A stretch of 64,000 bases of DNA, from assembly GCF_052425735.1 (NCBI RefSeq), contig NC_135763.1:27652001-27716000 (forward strand). The letters run 5' to 3'. A program made the position numbers and the translations under genes. Source of the stretch: Oculina patagonica (lineage: Eukaryota). Positions within the stretch are counted from its first letter, which is position 1; each line of letters starts with the position of its first letter. This document shows positions 61,286 to 64,000 of this stretch, piece by piece. The notes beneath the pieces were generated by a model. It saw nothing but the letters and a program-made list of their open reading frames with translations. It was not told the origin of the DNA and did not search any database.

Positions 61286-63797
61286 CGCCGAGAAGACTTT
61301 GTCAAATGTTAACATATCCACGATGCCGAAAGTCAAGTGGTGAAAAACTTATTTGCTGAACTATAATGAGCTAACAGGCTTTTTCAGGCGGCTGGTCTAA
61401 ACTACAAGGAAACGCATGGGGCTAAAAACTTAATTCAAACGATAAATGATGAAAGTTGAAAGTTTCAGAAATACGATAAATGGCAAATTGATTGATAATT
61501 TCAATGTGTTAAACAAAGACAATACTGCAAAGGACATACAGAAAAGTTGAAAAGAAGGAGCCCAGACCAAGGAGAAAAGGAACCAGGCCCCAACATAGCT
61601 AGCTTGTCTGGACAAACATCCGTGTGGAAAATATTTCCTTTTCCTTTATGCTACAGGAAATGGGAGTTACACTGTGAGCCACCTAAGCCCTCCCAGAATG
61701 ACGCGCCCACAGCCACACCAGTTCCGTCATAATCTACTCATTCATTATTATCTTTCCCTTTTCGTTTGCTTTTTTTAGAATCTCTATTAAGAAAACCTAT
61801 TCTAGGTTTCTTTTAATTTAAAAGAAATAAGCCATTTTCTGCATTAACAAATGACGAAATATCTTGACGTTGCTGAAAGTGAATTATAATGTTCGTGGCT
61901 AGTCTGACGCAGCGTTCATCCCGCCAAGGGACCTAGAGACCTTTTCTCTTTCAATTGGAAACTCGCGAGCATCGCGCTCAAACTCCCGTCCGCAAGCATG
62001 ATTATGATGTCAGCAATTTCGTTCAGGATCGTTCTCAAAGATCTTGACGGCGACAAAATCGACGAGTGAAAATTGACAATTGTAGTTGTCAGTTTCGGGA
62101 GGATGAGGAGGAGGAGGACAAGTAGGTTGTTTTGACAGGTCGGAACTTTGAACAGAGAAGGCAAATATATTTATTTATCACTGGGAGACAACCTCCCTAT
62201 AATATTATTTAAAGGCATGAGTGTTTTATACATGTGCAATAAACGAGTTATACTTGTAGCAACCGGGGAAGAAACTTCAGTCTTAACTGTAAACTTAGAT
62301 CAGGCTTTAACTTGTGACATAAATTGTTGTATTCCTTGTTCTATTAGAACTTTTTTTCTAAAAGCCGAACATGCAGAACTAAAGAGTTACCTCTTTTGTT
62401 AATTATAGCATGGTCAGTATTTTCAGTTTCGCTTTTGTAAATCGACTGGGCGATTTGTAAGTTTTTAGTTAACGAAATAATTGTATCTGATCACCGGGTT
62501 TGTAAAATTAAGAAAGCAAAATTAATTTGCGTTCAATTTTGTGTAAATTAAATGAAAAAAGGGAAGAGGGGAAGAGAGATAATTTACTCTGGGAATATTG
62601 ATTTCCTTGCACAATAAGTTACTTAAGTCTCCTTTTGCAAAAAAAAAAATAAATAAATAAATAAAAATAACAGTCGATCCCATTTTAACGGTCGATGCCA
62701 GTTTCGATCTAGTTTAGCAGTGGACTAAGGTTAAAACTGAGCTCTCATTATTAGGTACGCCTATAAATCGATAAGGCGATTATTAGACCAAAGTAAGATT
62801 CACTCTAAAGTTAGGGATAGAGTCAGTTATTATAAATGCTAAGTTAAGAAAGACACCTTATATATGGTTGATGAACACGGTGGTGTAGTGATGTTCGAGG
62901 GAGGTTAGCATCCGAAGATTTCGGGTTTGATTCTGAAAGGTTTATGCAATTTTGGCGGAATACGTCGATGATAGCAAAAATAGTTTCTTAGTGTCTCTAA
63001 AATGGCATCTACTGTTTACGGAAGGGAAACGTGTCGCGAGGACTCGAATTGTTAGCAATTTTATTTTTTGTCTTAAGTTATCAGCCGGCTATAAAACAAG
63101 CGATAATTATGTAGTAAATGCGATAACCGAGGTTACAATTTAGTAGTTACTTTCATCACTTGTAAATATTTATATAAACCACCAGCGTGTACGTGACAAG
63201 AACAAACGAGAAAGCCTATAAGTTACTTTGCCCGGGACTTCGTTCACTGTGCACGTTTTTTATTTTTTTTTTCTCGACCTATTTTTTTTTCAGTTTATGT
63301 ATACTGAACTGTACGCTATGTATATTACCTTTTTTTTAAAAAAAGAAAAAAAAAGCAGTACATTATAATAAAGGAAATAAAACTTTAAATGGACGATGAC
63401 TGTGATTGCGAAAGATGTAAAACGTCCTTTGGCAGTTACCAATGACAGTCAAACAAAGTCGTAAAAAGTTTCTTAATTTATTAAAATCTGGAACAGTGAT
63501 GACATAAGTTAAGATTATAATTAAAATTTTCAAAGCAGGACGGAAATGGAATATTCAAAAAATTGTCTTTTAACTGGGCAAATGACCTATTTAACTTTTT
63601 ATCTATGATGACACCATTAAAAAGCAAACAAATATACAATTAATTTGCCATTATGCAAATAAAGATAGATGCTAAGACGAGAGTAAAATCCCTTTTTTTC
63701 CACAATTTTATTTTTTTTTTTATAATAACATTTTTTAAAAGGAATTCATTAGCTTATTTGCGAAAAGGAAGAGAAGGTAAATCACATATTTTACGGC

Positions 63798-64000
63798 ATG
63801 GCAGACGAGATTAGTTCACGAAGTTCATTTTTGACCGTCGTGGAGGCCAGTTCGATGATTCTGTTAAATGTGTTATCCCTATCAGGAAACGTGTTAGTTT
63901 GTATCTCGGTTTGCAGAAACACGAGGCTCCGTACAACGACAAACCTTTACATTGTGGCTTTGGCAATCAGTGATTTGCTGTCCGCCATTTTTGTCATGCC
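63798..64000 (+). CDS. Melatonin-receptor-like class A GPCR, copy 4 (5' part; runs off the window)
   Basis: ATG at 63798 reads MADEISSRSSFLTVVEASSMILLNVLSLSGNVLVCISVCRNTRLRTTTNLYIVALAISDLLSAIFVM, colinear with copies 1-3. Confidence 0.9.
   Translation, partial: MADEISSRSSFLTVVEASSMILLNVLSLSGNVLVCISVCRNTRLRTTTNLYIVALAISDLLSAIFVM

Noticed and set aside
62876-62936. tRNA-like A/B boxes (tggtgtagtga ... gggtttgattct)
   Set aside because: No cloverleaf can be folded; at most a decayed SINE head.

Overview
This is AT-rich eukaryotic genomic DNA with spliceosomal GT-AG introns, many MITEs/SINEs and eight N-gaps. Gene and repeat content point to a cnidarian, most likely a stony coral (inference). 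I assembled the exons by hand and checked the intron phases. Contents: (1) a six-exon minus-strand gene for a secreted PAN/apple-like + EGF + F5/8C (discoidin) + C-type lectin protein (9896->2653), plus the first exon of a tandem paralogue (1566->1497). (2) Two single-ORF peptide-receptor-like class A GPCR paralogues (13256, 17526). (3) ACOT7 (minus strand, 4 exons) and SZRD1 (plus strand, 7 exons) head-to-head, with only 79 bp between their start codons. (4) A two-exon neuropeptide-receptor-like GPCR whose upstream ATG is cut off by an in-frame TAG. (5) A tandem family of four NRY-motif, melatonin-receptor-like GPCRs (40667 frameshifted, 56459, 60242, 63798 running off the window). (6) A four-exon dermatopontin/amoebocyte-aggregation-factor-like gene lying inside that GPCR array. 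(7) Mobile DNA: a 5'-truncated LINE with a 15-bp TSD, a young but defective IS3EU-like transposon (147-bp TIRs, 6-bp TSD) and many MITEs. Two stretches remain unexplained: a ~1-kb GC-rich, purine-skewed island in an intron and a degenerate ~105-bp tandem array. I found no CRISPR array, rRNA or intact tRNA, and no clearly new multi-gene system. The best leads are the ACOT7/SZRD1 mini bidirectional promoter, the diversifying GPCR array and the IS3EU-like element.
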